From Terriglobia bacterium (lineage in GTDB: Bacteria > Acidobacteriota > Terriglobia > 20CM-2-55-15), in the NCBI GenBank assembly GCA_965198225.1, contig CBDAOY010000006.1, positions 640,001 to 704,000 on the forward strand: 64,000 nucleotides of DNA, written 5' to 3'. A program made the translations under genes and the position numbers. Shown here one piece after another: positions 28,122 through 38,085 of the stretch; positions within the stretch are counted from its first letter, which is position 1, and each line of letters starts with the position of its first letter. The notes beneath the pieces are model-generated. The model had not been told where the DNA came from and searched no databases. It worked only from the letters and a program-made list of their open reading frames with translations.

Positions 28122-29177
28122 ATGTCGGCCGCAGAGAGACGCAGGGTTCTCGTCACTGGAGGTTCCGGATTCATCGGTTCGAACTTCATCCGCTACCTGT
28201 TTGAAGCCACGTCGGATGTCGCTGTAATCAACTTCGATCTGCTCACCTACGCCGGGAACCTGCGGAACAACGAAGACGTAGCTGGCGATGTCCGCTACAG
28301 CTTCATCCGGGGCGACATCGCCGATGCCGTGCAGATCGAACGGCTCTTTGAGGCGAATCCGATCGATGTCGTTGTCAATTTTGCCGCCGAAACCCACGTC
28401 GATCGTTCCATCGAAGATGCGGGTCCGTTTGTTGCCACGAATTTCGTCGGTACGCAGTGCCTGCTGGATGGCGCGCGCAGGCATCGGGTGTCGCGCTACG
28501 TCCAGATATCGACCGATGAAGTTTACGGAAGCCTGGGCGCGGAGGGCCGGTTTCGTGAAGACACACCGCTCAACCCGACGAACCCATACTCGGCGACGAA
28601 GGCGGCTGCCGACCTGTTCGTCTTGAGCTATGCGAAGACGCATGGGTTCCCTGGGTTGATCACCCGCTGCTCGAACAACTACGGCCCCAACCAGTTCCCT
28701 GAGAAGTTCATCCCCCTGCTGATCACCAACGCGATAGAAGGGAAGGCGATCCCGGTTTACGGACGGGGTCTCAACCGGCGGGAGTGGATCCATGTCGACG
28801 ACCATTCCCGTGGAGTGTGGAAGGCCGTCACCGACGGGCGACCAGGGCAGGTTTACAACATAGGCGGAGGAGACGAGATCGCGAACATCGATGTCGCGCG
28901 CGAAGTCCTCGGTCTCGTCGGACAGTCCGAATCGCTGATCGAGTTCGTCAAGGACCGACCCGCCCACGACCTCCGGTATGCCATCGACTGCTCGAAGATC
29001 GAAAGTGAGTGGGGATGGTCGGTCGAGACGGATTTTGCTACCGGCATTTCCAGGACGATCGATTGGTACCGAAACAACAAGGACTGGGTCCGGGAGGTCA
29101 AGGACGATTCCTATCTTTCCTACTACGAGCGTCACTACACGAACCGCGATCAAACTCTCGCCTCATACAAGGATTGA
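28122..29177 (+). CDS. rmlB: dTDP-glucose 4,6-dehydratase
   Basis: GGSGFIG, AAETHVDRS, STDEVYG, YSATK, DRPAHDLRY. Confidence 0.96.
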   Translation: MSAAERRRVLVTGGSGFIGSNFIRYLFEATSDVAVINFDLLTYAGNLRNNEDVAGDVRYSFIRGDIADAVQIERLFEANPIDVVVNFAAETHVDRSIEDAGPFVATNFVGTQCLLDGARRHRVSRYVQISTDEVYGSLGAEGRFREDTPLNPTNPYSATKAAADLFVLSYAKTHGFPGLITRCSNNYGPNQFPEKFIPLLITNAIEGKAIPVYGRGLNRREWIHVDDHSRGVWKAVTDGRPGQVYNIGGGDEIANIDVAREVLGLVGQSESLIEFVKDRPAHDLRYAIDCSKIESEWGWSVETDFATGISRTIDWYRNNKDWVREVKDDSYLSYYERHYTNRDQTLASYKD

Positions 29178-29179
29178 GG

Positions 29180-30082
29180 ATGTCCCCTCGCTCGCCGTCC
29201 ACGACCCGAACGCCGGATGCAAAGGAGACCGGGGATGGAGTGTCGCTGGCCTGCGACCTCTGCGGCTCGAGCGAAACCCGATCCGTCCTGACGTCCGCTA
29301 GCCTGGACGGTCCTCTCGTCCGTTGCGCGGTCTGTGGCCTGCACTATGTCTCCGTCCGGTCCGCACAGCTTGCCTTTTCACAGGAATCGTCGTCTCTGAC
29401 CGCGGAACGCATTCGGGACGCGAACGTGCATTTTTCGTCTCTACCCCGGGAGGAGGAACGCCGGCTCAACGAACTCAACGCGCGCTGGAGACTGGATTTG
29501 ATACGGGAGATCCGGGACGGCGGCCGCTTGCTGGAGGTTGGCTGTGGCCGCGGGGAGTTTCTCAAGGTTGCCCGCGATTCGTTCGATGCCTTTGGCGTGG
29601 AGCCAAACCCGGAACTCGCCGCCGACGCGCGCCGGGAAGCGTCGATCCACGAAGGGCTGATCGAAGACACGATCTGGTCCGATTTCGATGTCGCCGCCAG
29701 TTTTCATGTGATCGAACATGTGGATTCGCCCTCGAAGTTCGTTCAAGAGATAGCCAGGAGACTGAGACCGGGAGGGCTTGTTGCGCTGGAGACGCCCGAT
29801 ATCGGTTCCTGGCCCTATCGCCTGATGAAGGCGCGATGGCGACAGTTCATACCCGAGCACTACTACTTCTTCGATCGGAACACCCTGCACCGTCTTTTGT
29901 CGGACAACGGCTTTGAAGTGCGGCAGATCACACGAGTCGGGAAGTATGCCAGCTTGTCATTGCTCCTGAACCGACTCGGCCGCTACGTGCGTTTGCCCTT
30001 TGACGGACGGCTGTTTGCCGGTTCCTTCACCTTCCGCCTCAACCCCCTCGACATCCTGCTGGCACTGGCAATCAAGAAATGA
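29180..30082 (+). CDS. Class I SAM-dependent methyltransferase with a Zn-ribbon
   Basis: CDLC...CAVC; LEVGCGRG; FHVIEHV; PEHYYFF. Confidence 0.88.
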   Translation: MSPRSPSTTRTPDAKETGDGVSLACDLCGSSETRSVLTSASLDGPLVRCAVCGLHYVSVRSAQLAFSQESSSLTAERIRDANVHFSSLPREEERRLNELNARWRLDLIREIRDGGRLLEVGCGRGEFLKVARDSFDAFGVEPNPELAADARREASIHEGLIEDTIWSDFDVAASFHVIEHVDSPSKFVQEIARRLRPGGLVALETPDIGSWPYRLMKARWRQFIPEHYYFFDRNTLHRLLSDNGFEVRQITRVGKYASLSLLLNRLGRYVRLPFDGRLFAGSFTFRLNPLDILLALAIKK

Positions 30083-30915
30083 AGAATGTCGTAGAGGCAG
30101 CCATCGTCAACTGGAATTCGGGTCCGATGCTTCGCCGAGCGGTGGAATCGGTTCTCGAACACGGGGAAGTGGAGAACATTGTCGTCGTCGATAACGCCTC
30201 ATCGGATGGATCGCTCGGGGACGTGGACTCGATCGGCAATCAGGTCCGCGTGATCGAAAACACCGCCAACCTCGGGTTTGCCGGAGCGATCAACCAGGCT
30301 TTCAAGACGACGACGTCACCCTTCGTTCTCATACTGAACCCCGACATCCAGGCGATGTCCGGCGCCATCGCAGCGCTCGCCCGCGCTCTGGATACCCATC
30401 CAAAGGCGGGAGCCATCGGGGGGTTCGTCAACCAGAACTATCCGCCCCGACCCTTTCCGACGCTGGCGAGTCTCTTTCGCGAAAACCTCGGGTTGCCGCG
30501 GCGCGAGACGAGGGTGTCGGGCGTGGAGGCGAGAGCGGTCGACCAGCCGGCCGGTGCGGCGCTGATGGTCCGCCGTGCGGCTTACGACGCGGTGGGGGGG
30601 TTCGACGAACAGTTCTACCCAGCCTGGTATGAAGACGTCGATTTCTGCCGAGCGATTTCCGCCTCCGGCTGGGAGATTTATTTTCACCCCGGGGCGAAAT
30701 TTCATCACGAGGGTGGCTACAGTCTCGAAGCTCTCGGCCTCGAACGGTTTCTCACGTCCTACTACGACAATCAGCTCCGCTACGCGCGAAAGCACCTCGG
30801 GCCTAGATCCGGCTTGTCGCTCAAGACGGGACTGGCTTTGGGAATGCTCGGCAAGATGATGTATCGGCCTCGGCTGGCTGCGACCTATTGGCGGGTGCTG
30901 TGGGAAGTCCTGTGA
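30079..30915 (+). CDS. GT2 glycosyltransferase
   Basis: VNWN, VDNASSD, NLGFA, LNPD, FDEQF..WYEDVD. Confidence 0.93.
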   Translation: MKNVVEAAIVNWNSGPMLRRAVESVLEHGEVENIVVVDNASSDGSLGDVDSIGNQVRVIENTANLGFAGAINQAFKTTTSPFVLILNPDIQAMSGAIAALARALDTHPKAGAIGGFVNQNYPPRPFPTLASLFRENLGLPRRETRVSGVEARAVDQPAGAALMVRRAAYDAVGGFDEQFYPAWYEDVDFCRAISASGWEIYFHPGAKFHHEGGYSLEALGLERFLTSYYDNQLRYARKHLGPRSGLSLKTGLALGMLGKMMYRPRLAATYWRVLWEVL

Positions 30916-30967
30916 GGACTGATCGCGAACCTGATCTCAGATTCATAGGATCAAGCCTCGCTGTTTG

Positions 30968-31045
30968 CGTCAGCACTCAGCTTTCAGTCAAGAAGCGGAA
31001 CGCCGAAGGCCTTCATTCAGAGCTGAAGGCTGACCGCTGATTGCT
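30968..31045. repeat. Inverted heptamer array (TCAGC../GCTGA.. type)
   Basis: tcagcactcagctttcag ... gctgaaggctgaccgctgattgct. Confidence 0.7.
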
Positions 31046-31054
31046 TGCTTGAAC

Positions 31055-31993
31055 ATGAAAATCTCCGTCCAGATCGTCACGTTCGACAGCTCGGCAGACA
31101 TATCCGCTTGCCTGGACAGTCTGGCGGCACAGACCACCAAGAACTTTCGCGTCCGCATTCTCGACAACGCTTCATCGGACAATACACTCGAGCTGCTCCG
31201 GGGTCGAGATGTCGATCTCATTACCTCTGACGCGAATACAGGCTTCGCGGCCGCGCACAACCGATTGGCGCGAAGCTATCCCGCACCGTACATCCTGTTC
31301 CTGAACCCGGATACCGTCCTGGAGCCGGACTTCATCGAAACCCTGACCGCGGCGTTGGACGGGGAAGACAAGGCTGGCTCGGCGACCGGTAAGCTCTTGC
31401 GCATGGACGGTGAGACGATCGATTCCACGGGTATCGTCATGACCCGCAACCAGAGACATCTGGACCGAGGCGCCGGCGAAATCGACAGCGGTCAGTACGA
31501 TCGTCCCGGGAGCATTTTCGGCCCGAGCGGGGCGGCGGCACTGTATCGGTACGGGTGCCTGGAGGACGTTGCAATCGACGGTGAGTTCTTTGACGAGGAC
31601 TTCTTTGCCTACCGGGAAGACGCCGATCTGGCCTGGCGCTGCCAGCTGATGGGTTGGGATTCATTGTATGTGCCCGGCGCGGTCGCCCGGCACCGGCGGA
31701 AGGTCACCCCGGAACGGCGTTCCGCTCTGTCTCAGGCTATCAACCGGCATTCGGTCAAGAACAGGTTCCTGCTGCGCATCAACAACATGACCGCGGGTCT
31801 TTATTTCCGTGACTTCTGGCCGATCACGGTCCGTGATCTCGCCGTGATCGGCTATGTCATCCTGCAGGAGCGATCTTCTTTGCCCGGCCTGCTGTTTGTC
31901 CTCGGTAATCTAGGGCGCTTGTGGCAGAAGCGTCGAATCGTCCAGACACGCGTCCGACGAGACCCGGTTCAGCTCGAGGCATGGTTCCGGTAG
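31055..31993 (+). CDS. GT2 glycosyltransferase
   Basis: DNASSD, NTGFAAAHN, LNPD, FFAYREDADL. Confidence 0.93.
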   Translation: MKISVQIVTFDSSADISACLDSLAAQTTKNFRVRILDNASSDNTLELLRGRDVDLITSDANTGFAAAHNRLARSYPAPYILFLNPDTVLEPDFIETLTAALDGEDKAGSATGKLLRMDGETIDSTGIVMTRNQRHLDRGAGEIDSGQYDRPGSIFGPSGAAALYRYGCLEDVAIDGEFFDEDFFAYREDADLAWRCQLMGWDSLYVPGAVARHRRKVTPERRSALSQAINRHSVKNRFLLRINNMTAGLYFRDFWPITVRDLAVIGYVILQERSSLPGLLFVLGNLGRLWQKRRIVQTRVRRDPVQLEAWFR

Positions 31994-32002
31994 AATGACC
32001 CG

Positions 32003-32479
32003 ATGGCAGAGAGACTGATCGGCAACTTGATTACGGGCGACCATCCACCGCCCGAAAAAGCCCGTCCGCTGAAGGATCAGCTGAAGGTGCCTGTCTCCAT
32101 CGGTGCGGTTCTTCTCGTGATCGGTGGACTGCTCTGGGAGTTCGTCAACTACGGCGAAGAAACCCGTGTGCGGTCGTTCATGGAGGCGGTCGCAGATACC
32201 CGGTATGAAGCCGCCTACAGCATGTGGGATAGTGACCAGCGCTACCAGATGGATGACTTCCTGCTCGATTGGGGCGAGGAAGGCTACTATGCAAGCGGCT
32301 CGATGAACTTCGACGTCTGCGATTCCAACAGCAGCGGAACCGCCGTCATCGTCTACACGAGAATCGACGGTGGCCCGCCCGTGGCCATGATGGTCGACAA
32401 GGAAACCGGCCTCCTCTCCTACTCTCCCGAAAACAAGTACCGCGGAGGCCGAATATCCCGTCTAGCAGGCTGTCTGTAG
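32003..32479 (+). CDS. Hypothetical single-TM protein
   Basis: Coding-like ORF with one TM; TAGAAT ends 6 nt upstream of the ATG. Confidence 0.7.
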   Translation: MAERLIGNLITGDHPPPEKARPLKDQLKVPVSIGAVLLVIGGLLWEFVNYGEETRVRSFMEAVADTRYEAAYSMWDSDQRYQMDDFLLDWGEEGYYASGSMNFDVCDSNSSGTAVIVYTRIDGGPPVAMMVDKETGLLSYSPENKYRGGRISRLAGCL

Positions 32480-32516
32480 CAGACCTTTCTGCTCAGCGCA
32501 TACCTGAAACCGATCT

Positions 32517-32676
32517 ATTGCAAATTGGTCAATGGACGAATCCGCATTGCAAGTTGGAGATTGGAAATTGCTCAATTGGTGATCGCTCGGAGCATCGAGC
32601 GAAAAAATCTGAAATGAAGCAATTTCAAATGAGCAACCTGCAATGTGGATTGTTTAGATACCGCAATTTGCAATTC
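32517..32676. repeat. Inverted AT-rich heptamer-like array (AAATTG/CAATTT type)
   Basis: attgcaaattg...aatccgcattgcaagttggagattggaaattg ... caatttcaaatgagcaacctgcaatgtggatt...caatttgcaat form an imperfect palindrome between convergent genes. Confidence 0.7.
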
Positions 32677-32722
32677 GGATTTCAAAGACGAAGCGTCGGG
32701 GAACGACGGATCTCCGATGGCG

Positions 32723-33724
32723 TCACTTCCCCACCAACTCACGATAAAACGCTTCGATCTTGGGAACCGTGTGCGATATGTCATATCGGTTTTGGACACG
32801 TTCGAACGCTCTCTTTCGCAGTTCACTGCGAAGCGCTTCGTTGCCTGACAGTCGCCGGATCGCTGCCGCGAGCTCGGAGGGATTCCGCGGCGGAACCAGG
32901 ATTCCCGCTTTCCCCCAATCCAGAATTTCTCGAGGGCCGCCTGCGTCGGTCGCGATGACGTTCACACCCGCAGCCATCGCCTCGACGACGACGATGCCGA
33001 AAGGCTCCTCCCACGAGGGAACGATCAGCATGTCCACCTGCTGGAGGAACTCCGCAGGCTTGACGAAACCGAGGAATTCCGCCGGCAGTTGCGCGGCCCG
33101 ACGTTTGAGAGAGTCGACGTAGGAACGCTCGCCGGAGCCACCGATCAAGAGCCGAAACTCCGACTCGAGAAGACGCAGCGCTTCGATCGCGTCGTCATGC
33201 CCCTTGTGGGGCGAGACCTGGCCGAGAAGTCCGACAACGACGGGATTTCGCACTGTCCGTTCTTCATAGTCCAGCTTGCTGCTGTCGACCCAATTCGGAA
33301 CGATGATGCTGGCACGTGGTTTGAGATGCTGGATGGAGTCGAGGATCTGCCCGGTAGTCACGATCCAGCCGTCCACCCTGGAATAGAAGGGATGCCTCCT
33401 GACCGCGAATATGAGCTGCCGCGTGAGAACCAGCCTGACAGAGCCCAGCCCCCACAGGGCCGCTGCGACGATCGAGTAATCGCGGGCGACGTGAGCGTGG
33501 ATGAGGTCGAACCCCGATCCCCGCACGATCCGCCGCAGCCGGAATGCTGTGTAGAGGTCGACAGAGTTCAGAAAGGGCAGATCGAAGTCGGTATCGAGGG
33601 GGCCGTTCCGGCGGCCCGCGATGGCCACGTCGTGACCCATTTCGCGGAGCTTTTCGGTGAGCTCGATGACATGGACTTCACCGCCGCCCAGGACCCGGGC
33701 CGAGCTAACCTGCAGGATGCGCAT
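32723..33724 (-). CDS. GT4 glycosyltransferase
   Basis: GGGEVHV, HAH, HKGH, EEPFGIVVVEAM. Confidence 0.92.
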   Translation of the reverse strand: MRILQVSSARVLGGGEVHVIELTEKLREMGHDVAIAGRRNGPLDTDFDLPFLNSVDLYTAFRLRRIVRGSGFDLIHAHVARDYSIVAAALWGLGSVRLVLTRQLIFAVRRHPFYSRVDGWIVTTGQILDSIQHLKPRASIIVPNWVDSSKLDYEERTVRNPVVVGLLGQVSPHKGHDDAIEALRLLESEFRLLIGGSGERSYVDSLKRRAAQLPAEFLGFVKPAEFLQQVDMLIVPSWEEPFGIVVVEAMAAGVNVIATDAGGPREILDWGKAGILVPPRNPSELAAAIRRLSGNEALRSELRKRAFERVQNRYDISHTVPKIEAFYRELVGK

Positions 33725-34706
33725 CGGCGTTGCCGAAATCGTCGAGCAGTTCCTCGCGGCTGACACTGGCTGTTCCCACCTTGCCGACCACCAGTCCGGC
33801 TGCATGATTGGCGAGCAGAGCCGCCTCATCCATGCTCGCCCCGCCAGCAGCGGCCATGGCCAGACAGGCGATCACGGTGTCTCCCGCCCCGGTCACGTCA
33901 AACACTTCGCGCGCCGCCGTCCGGAGGTGATGAACTTCATCTTTGCCGAACAGCGACATGCCGTCTTCACCTCGTGTGATGAGGATATAGGGGCAGCCGA
34001 AACGATCCAGCAGACGTTTTCCGGCTTCTTCAAGGCTCGCGCGATCCACGAGTGCAATACCCGTCAGAAGCTCCGCCTCCCGGTTGTTCGGTTTGATCAG
34101 TGTCGTCGGCCGGTAGTATTCGGCGTGATGGACTTTGGGGTCGAGAAACACCGGGACATCCGCCTTGCGGGCTTCGGGCAGGACGGATCCGAGCAACTCC
34201 GCCGTGACAACCCCCTTGTCATAGTCCGAGACCACGACCGCGTCCGCTTGCGGCAGCGTATCCATGAAGCGATCCCTCAGCGCGTCGTTCGTTTCAGTGG
34301 ACACAGCCGTGCAGTCTTCCCGGTCGGTGCGCACGACCTGCTGGCCGTGAGCGATGATGCGCGTCTTTAGCGTTGTTCGCCGATCGTCCGGCACGAGATG
34401 ACGGGAGTCGATTCCGAGTTCGTCGAGCAGGCTGATCAGGCGGTCGGCTGCCTGGTCTCGACCGATCACGCCGATCGTGATCGGCCGGCCGTCGAGTGAG
34501 CGAATGTTTGCGGCGGCATTGCCGCTACCTCCCAAACGGTCGGTTTCTTCGATCACCTCGACGACGGGCACTGGAGCCTCAGGAGAGATCCGTTGGACCC
34601 GACCCCAGGTAAACTGATCCAGGATGACGTCGCCGACGACCAGGACGGTCTTGCCGTCGAACCCTTCCATGATCTGCCCGATTCTTTGCCGATCGACCGG
34701 TGTCAT
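33705..34706 (-). CDS. rfaE1: D-glycero-D-manno-heptose-7-phosphate kinase (PfkB)
   Basis: RISPEAPVPV, SDYDKG, DPK, DVTGAGDT. Confidence 0.95.
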   Translation of the reverse strand: MTPVDRQRIGQIMEGFDGKTVLVVGDVILDQFTWGRVQRISPEAPVPVVEVIEETDRLGGSGNAAANIRSLDGRPITIGVIGRDQAADRLISLLDELGIDSRHLVPDDRRTTLKTRIIAHGQQVVRTDREDCTAVSTETNDALRDRFMDTLPQADAVVVSDYDKGVVTAELLGSVLPEARKADVPVFLDPKVHHAEYYRPTTLIKPNNREAELLTGIALVDRASLEEAGKRLLDRFGCPYILITRGEDGMSLFGKDEVHHLRTAAREVFDVTGAGDTVIACLAMAAAGGASMDEAALLANHAAGLVVGKVGTASVSREELLDDFGNADAHPAG

Positions 34707-34714
34707 AGATCCCG

Positions 34715-35752
34715 TTAGACCGTCGCTGTCAGCCGTCTCTCAGCTCCGGTTTGCCACATCAGATCGTCGACCGCCTGCTCGGCCTGCTCGATCGAAATCG
34801 ACTCGATGCAGAGCGGGCTCTCTGCGACCAGACATTCGTAACCCGGGCACGGGTTGCATTCGAACGGGTTCTGGACAACTCGGTGCGGAACGCCCCAGGG
34901 ACGCCACCGAACCGAATCGGACGAACCCCAGAGGGCTACGGTGGGAGTACCCACCGCTGCTGCCAGATGCATGGGACCGGAGTCGTTACCGATGTAGAGT
35001 CCGGCTCCGCGGATCAACTCCGCCAGCTCCACGATCGAGAGACCTAACAAGATCACGCTGTTGGCCAGTTTCCTCGCAATGTCGCCGACGACGGACTCCT
35101 CGCCCGGCCCGCAGGTGAGGACGACACACCATCCACGGTAGGCAATCGTCCGACCCAACTCGGCGAAACCGTGGATGCTCCAGCGCTTCGTGTCCATCAA
35201 GGCGCCGGGATGAATTACGACGTAGGGTCGTCCGCGGAGGGCCTGGTGTACATGACTGTCCTTGTCCGGATGAGTCTCGTAGTACAGCGGCGGCGCGGTC
35301 TGGGCGCGCACACCGAGCCAGCGGAACCACTCCATTGTCGTTTCCACCGTATGCATCCGTGCTTTGGGCCGTGGCATCAACCCGCCGTACAGTCTCCGGT
35401 ATTGGTAGTCTTCGACGCCGATGCGGCTTCCCCAGGTGGCGAGGCAGTACACGAGGCTGGTCGGACCGCCGTGAAGGTTGATGATGGCGTTGAATCGGCG
35501 CAAGAACAGCCGGACGACCGTTGTGTATTTCTCTTTGCTGGTTGTCAAGATCTCCGAGACATCCCGGTTGCCGTCAAAGCAGTCGGCGAAACGGGGTTCG
35601 ACGAGGACGGAAATACGAAAGCCTGGGAATTCCTGTTTGAGCGCCCGGATCGGACCTGTCAACAGCAGGCAGTCGCCCATCGAGCGGAGTCGCACCAGCA
35701 GGATTCGGGCGTTAGATGGAAGCTTGTGGAAGAGGTCCTTGGTGGGCCGCAC
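34715..35752 (-). CDS. GT9 (heptosyltransferase-like) glycosyltransferase
   Basis: RLRSMGD, HPGA..TKRW, NDSGPMHLA, C.PC...C......C. Confidence 0.93.
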   Translation of the reverse strand: MRPTKDLFHKLPSNARILLVRLRSMGDCLLLTGPIRALKQEFPGFRISVLVEPRFADCFDGNRDVSEILTTSKEKYTTVVRLFLRRFNAIINLHGGPTSLVYCLATWGSRIGVEDYQYRRLYGGLMPRPKARMHTVETTMEWFRWLGVRAQTAPPLYYETHPDKDSHVHQALRGRPYVVIHPGALMDTKRWSIHGFAELGRTIAYRGWCVVLTCGPGEESVVGDIARKLANSVILLGLSIVELAELIRGAGLYIGNDSGPMHLAAAVGTPTVALWGSSDSVRWRPWGVPHRVVQNPFECNPCPGYECLVAESPLCIESISIEQAEQAVDDLMWQTGAERRLTATV

Positions 35753-35922
35753 TACTCCTCGATCGTTGCTTCGCTTACGAGCATCACCGGTATATCGTCA
35801 CGAATCGGGTAAACCCGGTTGCACTCGCTGCACTTCAAACCCTGGTCATCGTCGACCAGGGTCAGGGATGCCTTGCACAGTGGACATACCAGAATCTTCA
35901 GTAGCTCCGGATTCACTGCCAT
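35752..35922 (-). CDS. Trm112/YcaR-family protein (56 aa, not in the ORF track)
   Basis: MAVNPELLKILVCPLCKASL...CSECNRVYPIRDDIPVML; stop overlaps the GT9 GTG. Confidence 0.9.
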   Translation of the reverse strand: MAVNPELLKILVCPLCKASLTLVDDDQGLKCSECNRVYPIRDDIPVMLVSEATIEE

Positions 35923-35945
35923 AACTCGTCGATGGTATCAGGGGA

Positions 35946-36182
35946 AGTAGTCAGTTGTCAGTAGTCAGTGGAGCCACCCAAGACTCCCCTCCTCAGATGA
36001 GGAGGGGTGGCGCGAAGCGCCGGGGTGGTGCTGATCAAGAAAATTCCGACAATCCTGGAGCAGCCAAGCAGGACCCATCAAACAAACCACCCCGTCTGCG
36101 CCTTCGGCGCATCCACCCCTCCTCAACCAAGGAGGGGAGTCTTAGGGTCCCGGGTTTAACTGACTACAGACGGCTGACTACT
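35946..36182. repeat. CCCCTCC-type REP doublet nested inside inverted GTAGTCA heptamer arrays
   Basis: agtagtcagttgtcagtagtcagt | aagactcccctcctcagatgaggaggggtgg...ggggtggt ... accacccc...ccacccctcctcaaccaaggaggggagtctt | actgactacagacggctgactact. Confidence 0.85.
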
Positions 36183-36218
36183 GCTAGCACGCCAAAGGGC
36201 GTGCTAGCATATCGCCCC

Positions 36219-37454
36219 ATGCCGAACGTGTCGCTCGCCTACGGTGATTCCGGCTTTTCCCTGCCTTTCGACTCAGATCACTTCAAGGTGATTGCGCCCG
36301 AAACTGAGTCCGCCCAATCCGTCGAAGAGCACCTGATCGATTCCCCCCCTCTATCGCAATGCGCGCGCGGGAAGCGTGTGCTCGTGATCGTGTCTGACCT
36401 GACCCGACCCACCGGGGCACGCGAGTTCCTGCCGGGCCTGTTGGCCCAACTCGATCGCGCTGCCAAGGTGCGTGTCCTCTTCGCGACCGGCCTGCATCGG
36501 CCTCTGAGCGACGAGGACAAGATGGCGATTGTGGGCAGCGACATCTTCGAATCGTACCCGATGCTCGATCATCACCCAGACGCCGGTAATGTCTACGTCG
36601 GAGACACGTCCCTGGGTAATCGGGTGGAGATCGATCGGCAGGTGTTGGAACACGAGTTCGTTGTTTTGACGGGGTCGATCGGGTTCCACTACTTTGCCGG
36701 CTTCTCGGGTGGCCGCAAGAGCCTGCTGCCGGGCGTGGCGTCGAAAGAGTCCATCCAGTTCAACCATCTGCTGGTGCTGAACCGGGAAGGTCCCGGACGC
36801 GATCCTGCCGTCGGCGTCGCGCGCCTCGACGGGAACCCTGTCCATGACGACATGGTCGAGGGAGCCGCACTGGCCGATCGGGAGCTGTTCCTCTACAACA
36901 CCATCCTGGATTCCGGGAAGGTGCGGAAGGCGTTCGCCGGACACTGGGTCGAGGCCCACCGGCGCGGTGCGGCCGACTACCTGGCCAACCACGGTGTGGA
37001 ACTCGAGCGGAAGCGGCAGCTGGCGATCGTCAGTTGCGGTGGATTCCCGCGGGACATCAACATGATCCAGGCCCACAAGGCACTCGAATTTGCCCAGTAT
37101 GCCGTCGAACCGGGCGGAACGATCGTATTGCTTGCCGAATGCAGGGAAGGTACGGGTCACCCGAGCTTCTATCCCTGGTTCAAGCACTCCGACCTCGAGG
37201 AGTTTGAGCGAACCTTGCGCGCGAACTACGAGGTGTACGGTCAGACGGCCTATTCTCTGCTGTCGAAAGCCCGGCGGTTTCGCGTCGTCTGCGTCTCGCA
37301 GCTTCCGGACGAAGAGATCCGCGCGATGGGCATGGAACCTGCTCCCAACCTGGATGATGCGATGTCGATGGTCGATCCTCACGTCCGGAGCGAACCCGGG
37401 TATGTCCTGCCGTTTGGCGCCGATGTGCTTCCCGTAACCGCCGGCGACCGATAA
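36219..37454 (+). CDS. larA: LarA-family nickel-pincer racemase/epimerase
   Basis: SDLTRP, ATGLHR, FHYFAGFSGGRKS, FNH, GNPVHDDM, QAHK; the ORF-track extension upstream is repeat DNA. Confidence 0.9.
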   Translation: MPNVSLAYGDSGFSLPFDSDHFKVIAPETESAQSVEEHLIDSPPLSQCARGKRVLVIVSDLTRPTGAREFLPGLLAQLDRAAKVRVLFATGLHRPLSDEDKMAIVGSDIFESYPMLDHHPDAGNVYVGDTSLGNRVEIDRQVLEHEFVVLTGSIGFHYFAGFSGGRKSLLPGVASKESIQFNHLLVLNREGPGRDPAVGVARLDGNPVHDDMVEGAALADRELFLYNTILDSGKVRKAFAGHWVEAHRRGAADYLANHGVELERKRQLAIVSCGGFPRDINMIQAHKALEFAQYAVEPGGTIVLLAECREGTGHPSFYPWFKHSDLEEFERTLRANYEVYGQTAYSLLSKARRFRVVCVSQLPDEEIRAMGMEPAPNLDDAMSMVDPHVRSEPGYVLPFGADVLPVTAGDR

Positions 37455-37546
37455 CTTCCGCGACAGTTTTTACATCCCTACGATGACTCCCCTGTAAACT
37501 CTTGTTTCCGAATGGAGTCCAAAATGGAATGGGGAGGTATGCGCAC

Positions 37547-38075
37547 ATGCGAGCTGCCAGCGGCTTGGTCCTGATCATCCTTTTAAACCTACCGATTCAT
37601 GCGACCACGGTGAAGCGTCTCGATCTCGACGGATTGGTCGCGATCGCCGACACCATCGTCGTTGGAGAGGTCCGCCGTTCGGAGATCTATTGGAGTGTCG
37701 ACGGGAGATTGATACTCACACGCCACACGATTCAGGTGGACGAGACCCTGAAAGGCTTTCCCGCGGGCACGGTTGAGGTCACTACCGTTGGCGGCACTAT
37801 CGGTGACCGGACTCTGTACGTGGCCGGTATGCCGGCGTTTGCCGACCGGGAACGAACGATTCTGTTCCTCGAGGCGGCGGGTTCCTACCGAACCGTGCCG
37901 GAACCAAAGGCGCAACGGAACTGTCGGGCTGGGTCAGGGGAAGTTCTCGGTCGCCGACGGTGTTATCTCGAACGATGTCAGCGAACTCCAGTTTGCGGAC
38001 GGTGAGCGCGGGGTAGCCACGCGGATGCGGTTGAGCGAGTTCAAGGACGAGATCCGGCAACGAGTCAATCGCTAG
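37547..38075 (+). pseudogene. Secreted matrixin-associated N-domain-like protein frameshifted by a 25-bp insertion (37898-37922)
   Basis: Signal peptide; ATTVKRLDL..L...AD.IV.G.V; VGGTIG...VAGMPAF. Removing 25 bp restores YRTV-VGLGQGKF... to the TAG at 38075 (504 nt). Confidence 0.75.
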
Positions 38076-38085
38076 AGGGACGGAC

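Noticed and set aside
27321-29153. 610-aa minus-strand ORF
   Set aside because: Antisense shadow of rmlA and rmlB
35955-36218. N-terminal extension of LarA (similar extensions at 25576, 27279 and 62066-62110)
   Set aside because: These are translations of REP or heptamer repeat DNA
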